In this document: positions 50,559 through 64,000 of the stretch, piece by piece
Position numbering within the stretch: position 1 is the stretch's first letter
Layout of the letters: every line of letters begins with the position of its first letter
Source: Octopus sinensis
Lineage: Eukaryota
Length of the DNA: 64,000 nt
Direction: 5' to 3'
Assembly (NCBI RefSeq): GCF_006345805.1
Contig: NC_043001.1
Span: forward strand, 108,252,001-108,316,000
Program-made: the position numbers and the translations under genes
The notes under the pieces: model-generated
Seen by the model: the letters and a program-made list of their open reading frames with translations, nothing else
Database searches by the model: none
What the model was told of the DNA's origin: nothing

Positions 50559-53500
50559 CTGTAAATAAACAACAGACATCAGTATCATCATCATCATCAT
50601 TATTATTATCAACATTATCATCAACATCATCATCAATATTACAATCATTATTGTTTTAATGTCCACTTTTCCATTGGTGAAACAGAATCCACTGAGGTCA
50701 ATTTTTTGCAGGTAAATGTATTTCTCATCACCAGTCCTCACCTGTTTCCAGGCAAGGCATTCCCCCACCCCACCATGGCTGGATACGGTTTTGTGAATGA
50801 CTGGAAATAAAGGGGCCTGGTTGTCGAACAATGGCACTCATTTACAACTAACAAGTGATATCAAGACAAGGACACACACTCACACACATGTGCACGTATA
50901 TATATATATATAATTATGTGTGCAAGTGTGTCTATTTGTATATAGAACTGGTTTCTTTCAGTTTTTGTCTGCCAAATCCACTCACAGGATATTGGTCAGC
51001 CTGAGGCACTGGTGCCAGATGCCAGAGAATAGGACTTAACTGCAACCATATTATTGAGAAGCAAACTTCTTAGCCACTCAACCATACCAGCAGCTAACTA
51101 AATTAAATCTACTTTTATATAAATTAAATGAACATTGAAATCAAAATACATAATGAAATTTTAGAGCTGCACTTAGTCTGTTCATAAAAGGGCAGCAAAA
51201 CTTCTGGACACTTTGTAGCAGAATATAAAACTATCAGAAAATCAAATCTCAAGAAATATAATGGCATTTGTGCATTTGATGTGCATAATCTGAATCTTCC
51301 ATAATAAAATCATTTAGAAGATATAATTGTATTAAAACATTGGTTCTGTTTGTTCCTGGTTTCTTTAACTCCAGAAACACAGGTCATTCTACTTACTACT
51401 GACCAGTTTTATTTCATTTGGCACCTGTGCCAGTGGCATGTAAAAAGCACCGTTTGAAGGTGGCTAATGCTACTGCCACCTGACTGGCAACCATCTTGGT
51501 GGCACATAAAAAGTACTGATCAAGGGTGGCCAATGCCAGTGCCACCTGATTGGCACCCATGCCAGTGGCATGTAAAAGCACCATTCGAGTGTGACCAATG
51601 CCAGTGCTGCCTGACTGGGTCCTGTGTCAGTGGCATGCAAAAGCACCCACTACACTCTTGAAGTGATAGACGTTAGGAAGGGCATCCAGCCGTAGAAACA
51701 TTGCCAAATCAGATTGGAGCCTGGTGCAGCCTCCCAGCTTGCTAGTCCTCAGTCAAACCGTTCAACCCATACCAGCATGGAAAGCGGACATTAATCGACG
51801 ATGATAATGATATATACACCATCATCTAAAGAGACAATTTGGCTGAATCATAAGCATGCTGAGCAAAATGTTTAGCTGTATTTCGTCTGTCTACACGTTC
51901 TGAATTCAATTTCCACCAAGGTCGACTTTGCCTTTCATCCTTTCGGGGTCAATAAATTAAGTACCAGTGAAACACTGGGGTCAATGTAATCAACTAGTCC
52001 CCTCCCTGAAAAATTTCAGGCCTTGAGCCTTTAGTAGAAAGGATTATATATATCACCATCTTCATCATTTTAGTATCCACTTTTCCATACTCACAGGGGG
52101 GGGGGTAACAGAATTTGTAGAAGCGGATTTTCTAATGCTGGATTCTCTTCCTGTCCAATGTTTTCAAGTAAGCTAAGATTTTCCCAAGACCAGACATGTT
52201 TCCATCGAAGATTGAAAACAAACAATACCACTTCAAGGCAGGAAAACAAAAACATAGTGGGGGGAAACATACACAATGTTTGCATGCACACATATAGAAC
52301 AAGCTTCTTTCAGTTTCCATCTACTAAATCCACTTACAAAGCTTTGGTTGGCCCGGGGCTATAGCACAAAACAATCACCCAAGGTGCCACACTGGGACTG
52401 AACCCAGAATCATGAGTTTGGAAAACAAACTTCACATCCACACCTGTGCTTATCATTAAGACATATCCTAATACTTATTTCCCTCACAGTAAGGATCAAG
52501 GGGATCAAGCACACAAAGGCAGATGCTGGTCCTTAACAAAACTTTACTAAGAAGTTTGTTTCCCTGCCATATGGTTCCAGGTTCAATCCCACTCCATGAC
52601 AGCTGGTCCGACCAAAGCCCTGTGAATGGATTTGGCAGATGGAAACTGAAAGAAGCCCATTGTGTGTGTTCATGGGTGTGTGTGTCTTTGTGAACATGTT
52701 TGTCCCCCACCACCACCCCTTGTCAACTGGTGTTGGTTTGTTTGCATCCCCATAACTTAGCGGTTTGGCAAACGAGACTGATAGAAAAAGTACCTGGCTT
52801 AGACAAAAAAAAAAAAAAAAAAAACGGTACTAGGTTTGATGCATTCAACTAAAAAGCTTTTTCAAGGCGGTGCTCCAGCATGACCAGTCGACTGACTGAA
52901 ACAAGTAAAAGATAAAAGATAAATTCTGAGAAATGAGAAATTAATCTCTACCAGGAAAACAATAAAAAGCAAAAAGAAGATTTGTGTTGGTTTTAATGAG
53001 GTTCCAATTAACTAAAACTGTTTAATTACTAGCAGAGATTGCTAGGGATTAAGATGCCCTGATTTTTTTCTATTCTTTTACTAGTTTCAGTCATTTGACT
53101 GTGGCCAGTGTAAATCAAACCCAGTGTGTGTTTTTTTTTTCTTTTTTTCTAAGCCTGATACTTTTTCTATCAGTCTTTTTTGCCAAACCGCTAAGTTATG
53201 GTGACACAAACAAACCAACACCAGAAGAAACCCAGGCACGTAAAAGCATCCATTACACTCTCAGAGTGGTTGGCATTAGGAAGGACAGCCAGGGGTAGAA
53301 AACCATGTGAAATCAAACAAGTCTGGTGCAGCCTTCCAGTTTACCAGCTCTGGTCAAACTGTCCAACCCATGCCAGCATGGACAATAGACATTAAATGAT
53401 GATGATGATGATGATGATGATAACGATGATGTGTGTGTGTGTGTGTGTGTGTGTGTTTCCCTCCCGAAACCATTGCTTGACAACCGATGTTGGTGTGTTT

Positions 53501-53919
53501 ACCTCCCCATAACTTAGCAGTTCAGCAATAGAGACCAGTACTAGGCTTACAAAGGTCAACTTTGCCTTTCATCCTCTCGGGGTCAAAAACTTTCGGGCTT
53601 TGTGCCTAGAGTAGAAAAGTATATATATGTATGTATGTATATGTCTGTGTCTGCATCGGTTCCTCCACCATCACTCGACAACTGATGCTGGTGTGTTTAC
53701 GTGCCCCCTAACTTAGCAGTTTAACAATAGATACCAATAGAATAAGTACTAGGCTTACAAAGAATAAGTCCTGGGAGTCGATTTGTTCAACTAAAAGTAA
53801 TGCTCCAGCATGGCCGCAGTCAAATGACTGAAACAAGTAAAAGAATAAAAGAACTGCAGTGTCATGCTGCGAAGTGGATAAAAGATAAATCTGCCACTGG
53901 ATAGAATGGTAGTCCTTTA

Positions 53920-54167
53920 CAGTGGTTTTCAGCTGGGGTCCACATGAGCCTTGAGGGCCCACATAAGATTTTGTTGTTAAAATTTGCAAGCAATAAGTTA
54001 GTTAAACTTCTATAATTTACAGAACATTTTAATAACTTTTTAATACAATTTCTAATGATATTTAATTATGAAAATAGGACTCTTTATTATAGAATGGTTA
54101 CAAGGGTCCAGCACAGTAAAATAGGAATCAAAAAGATCCATAGGTAAAAAATGGTTGAGAACCAATA
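53920..54167. mobile_element. Degenerate hAT-type MITE
   Basis: Ends CAGTGGTTTTCA / GTTGAGAACCA; TSD not recognisable. Confidence 0.55.
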
Positions 54168-55000
54168 CTCTAGAAATAATAGCCAAACTTCATCAAATCA
54201 CACCCAACATAAAGAGGAAGAGGAAAGATAGGGGGGGGGGGGGGTCACATAGGGCAATCTAATCCTAGACAAAACATAGGATAGTCTTTATTGAAACTTT
54301 TTTGACTATAGGGCTGATTGATCAGGGCCCACAAAAAGTGATCTGGTATTTATTCTTATAAACCAGCAGCTAAGCAAATAAACTGATATGACACGAAATG
54401 AATATAAAAAGCAGAATTTCCTGCCCCAAAACACATGGAAATTCCTGCATTAATTTGAACTCATAATCTCTGAATAATTAGCTCAATACCTCGTCCATTT
54501 TATTTCAGTTGCATCCTGTTTGTTAGCATCAAATTCCTCCAAGAAGGTGAAGAGTAAAAATAGAGTTTTCGAAAGGGGAACAATAAACCAAAGGAAGGAG
54601 TTATCTAGGAGCGAAAAGGTTCAGAAGAAGGGGATTCTGTAAAATGTGAGTGGGAGTAGAAAAGTAATAGATAACAGGTGTCATAGAGGGGAGGAGGGTG
54701 ATTTTAGTTTAGCTTTTTGTTCTTTTATTTTTTATTTAAGCAAAGAAGCAGAAAAAAATTATGAACAGAAAGAATTGGGGCCTTTAACAAAAAAAGCAAT
54801 TAATCTAATAGAGATATGAAGCTAATCATCATCTAATAAAGAAGAGAAAGAGATGTAGAGTTTTAAGAACGACCAAGTGATTAATGAGAACAAGGCAAGC
54901 ATGAGAAAAAGGTTGATGCCGTTTCGCTCCAAGTTAACCCAGACTGAGTGGAGCTAGGATTAAAAACATTCCAGTTGTGACAACCCTGTCTTATTTATTT

Positions 55001-55232
55001 TTAACCCTTTCATTACTGTATTTATTTTGAGATGTTCTGTGTTTCTTTCGATTAATTTTTAAAATATAACAAAGGATTTAGTAAAATAACTTAGTTATCA
55101 TTCAGCTAGTGTTAGGAACATAAATTGTGACTAAGGTTTGGTGGAAGATTTTAATTCAAAACTTATGAAAACAAGACATTTGTACTACAGAGCCAGAGCC
55201 AGTTTCAGACAGGTTGGTAACAAAAGGGTTAA
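55001..55232. mobile_element. piggyBac-like MITE (~224 bp) flanked by TTAA
   Basis: TTAA-CCCTTT...AAAGGG-TTAA. Other copies or fragments at approximately 10305-10534, 11661-11815, 14360-14430, 26882-27086. Confidence 0.8.
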
Positions 55233-58200
55233 AGACCATGTATACAGATGCAGAAATAGATGTGTGGTAAGAGGTTTGCTTCCCAGACTTGGTTCTGGGT
55301 TCAGTCCCATTGCATGGTACTTTGGGCAAGTATCTTCTATTATAGATCCAAGATGACCAAGACCTTGTGAGTCAATTTGGTAGATTTATATATATATATA
55401 TATATATATATAATACAAATAAGGAAATGGAGAAACAATTTAGTTTGTTCATCAACTTATCTCCATTTTCTTATTTGTATTATAAATTAACGGTAAAATA
55501 TTTCTTTACCTTCACCCGTTTAATACAATAAATAAGTTAATTGCATTGCAATTAAAAACATTTATGTATTAAGAATTTGGGTACTTTGCCAACAGTATAT
55601 TGGATAAATACCATCCCTTAGTGGGTTTCACTAATAACCTCTAACTTACTTTGTGATATATATATATATATACTTATTCTCTATTTGTGTCTCATGTTTA
55701 CACGACTGCCCAACCTGTTAGCAATAGGAGCAAAATATCCTTTAAATTCCATCTTATCTTAAGAAAATATGCATTGGATGGTGTAGATGTATTTTTCCTT
55801 TTATCTTTTACTTGTTTCAGTCATTGGATAGCAGCCATGCTGGGAGACACCACCTTAAAGGGTTGAGTCAAACAGATCAACCCCTGCATTTCCTATTTAT
55901 TAGTCAGAAGCAAAGTGGCTGAATTCCTTTCAAGTGTTGGGCCTCATGGAGGCAATGACCGAGACCTTTGACATTATATCATGCTTGAGAAGACCCATCA
56001 AGCCAAGCAAAATTGCAATCGTGGCAGATACCGGTGTTGTGCAAATTGGCACCTGTACCTGTGGCACGTAAAAGCACCCATTATACTCTCAGAGTTGTTG
56101 GCATTAAGAAGGGCATCTAGCCGTAGAAATCATGCCAAATCAGACTGGAGTTTGGTGCAGCCTCCCAGTGTGCCAACCCAGTCAAACCGTCCAACTAATG
56201 CCCACATGGACAACAAACGTTAAATTATGATAATGACGATGATGCCTATTCTGCCTGTCTCTCTTACCAAACCACTAAGGTACAGTGATGCAAACAAACC
56301 AATACCAGTTGTCAAGCAATGGTGGGGACAAACAAAAAGGCACACACATAGGCATTTACACACACAAACACACATATACAACAGGTTTCATTCAGTTTCC
56401 ATCTACCAAATCCACTCACAAAGTGTTGGTCAGCTCAGAGCTTTGATAGAAGACTGACCTTTGGATGTTGAGCCTCAAAGAGGCAATGACAAGTGGCTGA
56501 TGGCAATTTGCTGTGCTTGAGAAGACGTGTCACGCTTTGTGAAATCGTGGTCATGGCTTGTGGTGGTGCCACATAAAAGGAACATGTGCCAGTGACACAT
56601 TAAAGGCATTCGTGCTGGTGACATTACTGGTGACACGTAAAAGGCACCCGTGCCAGTGATATATCAGAGGCACCCAGTACATTCTGTGGAATGGTTGGCA
56701 ACAGGAAGGGCATCCAGCTGTAGAAACCAATTCCAAACAGATTGGAGCCTGGTGCAGCTCTCCAGCTTACCAGTTTCTTGTCAAACAGTCTAATCCATGC
56801 CAGCATGGAAAGCAGACATTAAATAATGATGATGATGAGGGGGATATACTAAGTCCCCCTTCAGTCATGACTGACCATGGGATTGCACCTAGAAAGACAG
56901 GCACAAGTCTGGGCAAGGTTGTTTATGGAAGACCAGCAGTTGCCCATGCATACCGGCCTCCCCTCTCCACGACACCAGTGTTATCCAAGGGAAAGGCAAA
57001 GGGGACGATACAGCTTGGCACCTGTGGCGTTGCAACTCATTTCTACAACTGAGTGAACTGGAGTAACATGAAATAAAGTGTCTTGCTCAAGAACACAACA
57101 TGCAGCCCAGTCCTGGATTTGAACTCAAAACCCCACAATCGTAAGCTCGACGCTCTAACCACTGAGCTATGCACGTTCACTTTAAGGAGGACATATATAT
57201 ATATATATATATAACTGTAAAAGGGTTTGCTGTTATTTCTTACAGATCAAGCAGTCATGTAGACAGAGAGACAGATAAATGCATAGACAGAAGAATGAAT
57301 AAATTAAAGAAAAGGTCATATGTTAAAAGTAGAGATGGCGGGGGTGGGGGAGGACAAATAGTATGAAAGGACAGATGTAAAATAAAAATATATGGAAATG
57401 CCAAACGGACACACACACACACATAATTATTTCTACGAAAAGGAAAACCTATGAAAGAGTAAACTTCAGAAATACCAGGATGAAAGAATATCTCACTTAT
57501 GAACGTACACACACACACACACACATACATACACACAGACATACATACATACATACATACACAGACATACGTACATACACAATACTTATTCAAATTACAA
57601 TATAGTCTATCATTCCTTAAAAGAAATTGAAGTAGAAATGGTAATACTATTTTAAAAATGGAAACATCCTGTTTGTTTGTGTGTGATTGAGTGAATGTAT
57701 AAGCGATTACATATGAGTATGTGTATAATAGGGTGTGTGTGTGTGTGTGTACATGCGCACGTGTATGTGTTTATGAGGGAGAAAGAGTATGTAAAAGAGT
57801 AATTGAGTGCATATGAGGGGCGAATGTTTATATAAGAATAATATGGTTGAAATATGTTGACTCTAATGAAATTAAAAATACTAAGATAATATTTTTATGC
57901 AGGCAGTGGTGGTGTTGGGGGGTATTAGTGGTGGTGGAAGTCGTGAAGGTGGTGCTGGTGCCGGATCACAGCATTCTTATGGTGGTGGTGGTGGTGGTGG
58001 GAATGCTGATGATAGCAAAACAGATTTAGACATTTATAAGAGAGAGCGGAAAGGAAGACCAGCCAATGTGATGTCTATGTCTTTCTGGAAGACATTCCCA
58101 TCACACAGAGGACTGGAATCTTTTATCTCTTACTCGTTTCAGGCATTAGACTGTGGTCAGGCTGGGGCACTGCCTTCAAGAATTTATTGTCAAATAAATC

Positions 58201-59868
58201 GGTCCCAGTACTTATTTTCTTAAAGCCTGGTACTTATTCTATCAGTCTCTCTTACTGAACCACAAGATTACAGGGTCGTAAACACACACTAACACCAGTT
58301 GTCATGTAGAATGGGGGAAGAAACACAAACTCAAAGACAAACAGATTATGCAATGGGCTTCTTTCAGTTTCCATCTACCAAATCCACTCACAAGGATTTA
58401 GATGGCCCAAGGCTATAGTAGAAGACATTTGCCCAAGGTGCCATGCTGTGAGACTGAACCTGGGACCCTGTGATGATGATGATGATGATGATGATTACAG
58501 ACAGATGAGCACCAAGGTCATTCATGATAGGATTTAAACTCAAAAAAGACCCAATACACTCTGTAAAGTGGTTGGCATTTGGAAGGGCGTCCAGCCATAG
58601 AAACCACGTCAAAACAGACAACTGAAACCTGGTGCAGCTCTCCGACTTCCAGCTCCTGTCAAACCATCTAATCCATGTCATTATAGAAGGTGATGATGAT
58701 GATGATGATGCAACTATGACACAGTCAAGATACCATCAGGCATTTAAGTTGGTATCGCAAATGCTTTGGGGGGACCTGGTTGGGTTTGGTTTGTCCATTT
58801 CAACTGATATTGAAGTCAACTTCACATTTTTTTGTTTACTTTAAAGTGAAATCAATAACATCATCATCATTATTTACCATCCACCTTCCATGCTGGCATG
58901 GGTTGGACAGTTTGACTGAGGTCTGGAAAGCCAGTGGCTGCACCAGGCTCCAATCTGACATAAGCACGAAATCTGTACGACTTAATCCAACCAACTATAA
59001 TTAGGTCCACCAAGATTTTATCACTCTGCACTAAAGTTACAAACAACAACAACAGCAGCAGCAGCAGTAGCATCCATCATCATCATCATCCCTAGAACAA
59101 CGAGTGACAGAATTAGTAAAGCAGCAATTAGTAAACGAGTTGAAGCACTTAGTGACATTCCTTTACATTCAGTGTTTAATTCTCACTGGGGTCAAATCGG
59201 GCTTCTCTGCTTTCTAACACCAACAAAAGAAGTACTAGTCAAATACTAATCTCAGTATAAGAGATACCCTATCCCCCGGCCTTGTATGCTCTCTGTTACA
59301 AACTACTACCACCACCACCAACACTATAAATATCATTATTATTATTATTGTAGGGCAAAGAGCTGGCAGAAGTGTTAGCATGCTGGGCAAAATGCTTAGC
59401 GACATTTAATCTGCTGTTACATTGTGAGTTCAAATTCTGCCAAGGTCAACTTTGCCTTTCATCCCTTCGGGGCTGATTAAATAAGTACCAGTTATGCACT
59501 GGGGTCGATGTATTTGACTTAATCCCTTTGTCTGTCCTTGTTTGTTCCCTCTAGATTTAGTTCCCTGTGGGCAAGAAAGAAATAAATACAATAGATACCC
59601 ACCTTGTTACAAACCACTACTGCCACCACCACCACTATTAATATCATTATTATTATTATTGTAGCGCAGACAGCTGGTAGAATCGTTAGGATGCTGCACA
59701 AAATGCTTAGCAGTATTTTATCTGTCACTACGTTCTGTGTTCAAATTCCAAGGTTGACTTTACCTTTCATCTTTTCAGGGTCGATAAAATAAGAACCAGT
59801 TGAACATTGGGGTTGATGTCATTAACTCATCCTCTCCCCCAAAAAGCTGCCCTTGTGGCAAAATTTGA

Positions 59869-59911
<43 letters not shown>

Positions 59912-60034
59912 AAGTCAAAATTAAAAGAAAAGTGCCATTGTCATCTAGTGAACGATATTTCAACAATTTTGTCAATCTACTTCATTTTGGTTAATATATA
60001 AAGGATTGAGGTAACTCTTCCAGAAGATAATAAT

Positions 60035-60065
<31 letters not shown>

Positions 60066-61432
60066 TTATTGGGAGAGAGAGCAGTGCATGCCATCAAAGT
60101 GACACTGGGGTAAAATATATGAAACCCAGTAGACCCATCATGACTACCCGTCTGATAAGGGTACACCAGGCACATGCATCACAACCATTTGTGCACAACA
60201 CAGTGATCTCATATCAAGATAAACGGCACATGACCTTGTAGGTGGGGCCTTGTTAAAATTTTTTTCAGGTCGAGTAACCCATCCTGCTCAAAAGCTCCCT
60301 GAATAAGGGTTGTTTAAAGACGTTGAACGAACCACCCATGTTTCCAAAGGTGGATTATCCAAACACCAAAGAATCCCTCTCAACACATGGCTATGATGTT
60401 CCCCCAACTACTTCTGCTCGAGATCAGAGATGCACATATCGTCAGCCACTAAGGGACATGCTCAACTGGTTAAGGTCAAACAACTGACAAGCAAATCTGT
60501 GGTATTGAGCAGAATATTTGCTGTAGCCCATCTTTTATACCAAGACAAAACAATGTACATGATAACACTTCCAATCAGTTAAGATCAGAAGCCATGAGAG
60601 CCACTGTCTGGTTATTATCTATCACCATATTTTAAACAGCTGTATGGGAGTTTCTGCTGTCCTGTAATATATATCTCTGTGTTTCTGAAGTATAGACAGT
60701 ATTACCTTTTGGAACTATAGTAATTGGGGTGGCACAGATTTTGGCGAAAGGAGAGCACAAAAATGATATGTAGCCGAATGGGATACATATGAATATACAA
60801 GTCCTAATAACCTCAAAAAAAAATACAGAAGAATTCTGGATTTGTAGAATGAAAAGATACGACACTGGTAGAACAAGGGATGAAATCCTAACTGCTTACA
60901 CATTTAACACAAGTGATTTGTGATTTTATAGCAGAAAACAATACTATTATCTTGAACAATTTAGACTCTTAACCAAGACAACAACAACAGAATCAATAAA
61001 ATACTCACAGTCATGCATTCTGCTAAGCAAAGAAATGAATGGAAGTTTGAATTTAGTGAGAAGCCATTACAGGCACTATTCTGAGCTCAAACTTAGCCAT
61101 TTCAATGGGGTTGATGAAATAAGCAAGCGGTAAAGTACAACATTGGATCAAGTCAATTCCACTCTTTTCCCCAATATTAGTGGCCTTGTGTTGATGCAAG
61201 AAGTGGTGGTTGTTGTTGTTATTTATAGAGATGGAAAGCAGCCAGGTAAACAAAGTACAAGCTTCAATGGTTTACTGAATCTATTTTTGGCAGAACCTAT
61301 TGTTCCGAGTTTGAATCTAATTTCATCCCTACTGGGTTAATAAATTTAATGCCGATAATAGGAATGCTTTGTTCATTTGTACCCCATGCAAAGAAAATCA
61401 CACAAGAGCACAAGACCTTACACCTATTCAAA

Positions 61433-62125
61433 CATCATCATCATCATCATCATCATTTCTGCAGTCATTATTGTCTTCATCAGCATCCTTACTGTTTCCA
61501 TCATCATCATCATCATCACTATCACTGCATCATCATCCTCATCACCATCATCATCACCACCATCATCATCACCACCATCATCATCATCACCACCATCATC
61601 ACCATCATTGATGCTACTGCTATCATCATCATCATCACTATCATCACACCATCATCACCATAACCATCATCATCACCATCATCACTGCATCATTACTATC
61701 ATCACTATCACTGCATCATCATCATCACCATCACTGCATCATCATCATCACCATCACTGATGCTACTGCTATCATCATCATCATCACTATCACTGCATCA
61801 TCATCATCATCACCACCCTCATCACTGATGCTACTGCCGCCATCATCATCACTATCACTATCACAGCCACCATAATGCTCATCAGTGTCATCACCATCAT
61901 CATCATCATCATCAACAGCATCAATACCACCATCACTATCAGGATGATTATCGTCGTCACAGTCATCATCACCATCAGCCACATCACTATCATCACCATC
62001 ATCATTATCATCATCATAACCATTATTGCCATCACCATCAGTGGTCAGCATCATCATCATCTTCATCACCAATGCTATAGCCATCATAATCATCACCATC
62101 GTCAACCTCTTCGTTACCATCATCG
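61433..62125. repeat. Long degenerate (CAT)n array
   Basis: Directly visible. Confidence 0.95.
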
Positions 62126-62487
62126 TTATCTTTTGAGAAAATCTTAATCAAATTGCATTGTGATGGGGAAGGATAAAAAAAAATTACACTTTTGGTTTTT
62201 TTTTTTTTTTTTTAATCTCTTTATTTTTTTTTTCCTTTTTATACAACAATAATACCCGTAATTAACTGAATGAGAGTCATACTGTGGTGTATAGCCTTAT
62301 GTAAGCAGTACCGGAGTGGTAGATGGCTAACAGACATTATAACAATGTCATTGTATAGTGGTGATGGTGTGAGGAAGAGGAGGGAGAGGAGGACAACAGT
62401 GCCAGATTAAACAGCAGCAACAATTTCATATGAATTAATTTCCATTTCTGTGGTTGAAATTACAGGCAATCGGTTCACTTGCTTTAG

Positions 62488-62489
<2 letters not shown>

Positions 62490-62534
<45 letters not shown>

Positions 62535-62752
62535 TCTTTCCCTTGCTCTCTGTCTTTCTCTCTCTCTTTCCCTTGCTTTCTCTCTCTTTCTCTTGTTCTC
62601 TCCCTTCCTCACTCTTTTTCTTGCTCTCTCCTTATCTTGCTTTCTCTCTCTCTCTCTTGCTGTCTCTTTCTCTCTCACTCTCTTGCTCTCTCTCGCTCTC
62701 TCTTTCACACTCACTTTCTCTCTTGCTCTCGCTTTCTCTTTCTCTTCTCTTG

Positions 62753-62786
<34 letters not shown>

Positions 62787-62862
62787 CTCTCTTGCTCTTT
62801 ATCACTCTCTCACTTTCTCTCTCACTCTCTTGCTCTCTCACTTTCTCTTTCGCTTTCTCTCT
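62490..62862. repeat. (CT)n-rich polypyrimidine tract
   Basis: Directly visible. Confidence 0.95.
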
Positions 62863-63548
62863 ACAACTTGTTAGGATCAGCAGAGCAATCTCTCTCAGAT
62901 CTCATTTTAACATTTTACATTTAAGACAGAACACTTTTGACCAAGTAATTCTAAATAGCCTTAAAACACACAGCAACATGACTAGAAGCTATACAACAAA
63001 GACGATTTCACCAACTTTACAGCAATATATATATATATATATACATACACACAATTCAATTTACGATGAAAGTAAGCTTTAGAAGCGTTGAGATGTATTG
63101 AAAGATACAGAAATAATTTTTTCTCAAACGCATGATAATGCTAATACAAAAGCATGAACAGGATAAACTATGCATAAATTGCAAAAAAATTGTTACTGGC
63201 CAGCCATGAGACTCGAACTCAAATCCCTGAGATTACATGTCAAGTGCTTTACCTTTAAGCTTAACTGCCCCATAACAAATTGTTCTGACTATCCATATAT
63301 TGTAAAAATAAATTTGTTACTGGCCAGCCATGAGACTCGAACTCAGATCCCTGGGATTATGTATCAAGTGCTAGGGTTGATCCATTCAGACAAAATTCTT
63401 CAAAACAGTGCCCCAGCATGGCCACAGTCTAATGATTTAAGCAAGTAAAAGATAAATTACTTCAAGGAAATACAGCGGTATCTCTTTGAAGATACCACTC
63501 ACCAAGCGGTGACGGGGGGGGGGGGGACAAACACACACACACACACAC

Positions 63549-63583
<35 letters not shown>

Positions 63584-64000
63584 CGGGCTACTTTCAGTTT
63601 CCGTCTCCTGAATCTACTCACAAGGCTTTGGCTGGTCTGAGGTTATACCAAACATCACCCCACGCTTCAGTCACAATCCAGACAACCGTGGTAACTATCA
63701 CAGCAAAGCGACCAACCATCCACTGAAATCATGGCCCATAAAAATAGCTGTATGCTAAGCTAACTTTGTTCATATCTACTTTACTTGCTACATGGGAATT
63801 CTTCAGTACTTTGTAACACTTAACCCTAAGCCGTACAAAGATTATTTTGTGTGTCATATTTTTTTTTAGTTTTTTCCCTTTCATTTAGCATAGCTTCCAC
63901 TCTGAAATTCTCCATGCTATCATGGTTTTGAAAAGACATTTAGTAGTAAGATGATAAAATGAAAGATTAATATTTCAGGGTATGAACATTCAATTAGATT

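Noticed and set aside
60704-60865. Candidate upstream WDFY3 exon with a GT donor
   Set aside because: The translation does not resemble the WDFY3 N-terminus, and the phase-0 frame contains a stop.
61349-63082. Long ORFs rich in H, S, I, D, L
   Set aside because: They are translations of (CAT)n and (CT)n microsatellites.
63188-63372. tRNA gene candidates (duplicated minus-strand tRNA-like heads; also the heads at 21071-21350 and 42878)
   Set aside because: Cloverleaf stems are broken and the sequences continue into repeat bodies, so these are SINE heads rather than functional tRNAs.

Overview
Eukaryotic, AT-rich, repeat-dense genomic DNA. The SINE and MITE repertoire looks like that of an octopus or other coleoid cephalopod, which is an inference from the repeat families and not a database result. 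The whole window lies inside one minus-strand gene, a WDFY3/Alfy/blue cheese-type BEACH-domain autophagy scaffold. I traced 17 consecutive coding exons from 50558 down to 869. All have AG/GT boundaries and compatible phases, and they total 2606 nt (868 codons plus 2 nt) of N-terminal armadillo-like region. The first ~60 codons and the C-terminal PH-BEACH/WD40/FYVE part lie outside the window. The introns hold several tRNA-derived SINE families, RTE, R4/Dong and CR1-like LINE fragments, a Tc1 remnant, hAT and piggyBac-like MITEs, a Helitron, a solo LTR and micro/minisatellites. The most unusual signal is a set of hammerhead-ribozyme motifs: one apparently intact type I hammerhead at ~15.8 kb, and a tRNA-headed SINE-like element ending in a minimal hammerhead that occurs twice as a head-to-head palindrome with the same breakpoint. 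There are also many fold-back elements embedded in (TA)n. Almost all entries in the ORF track are repeat artefacts.
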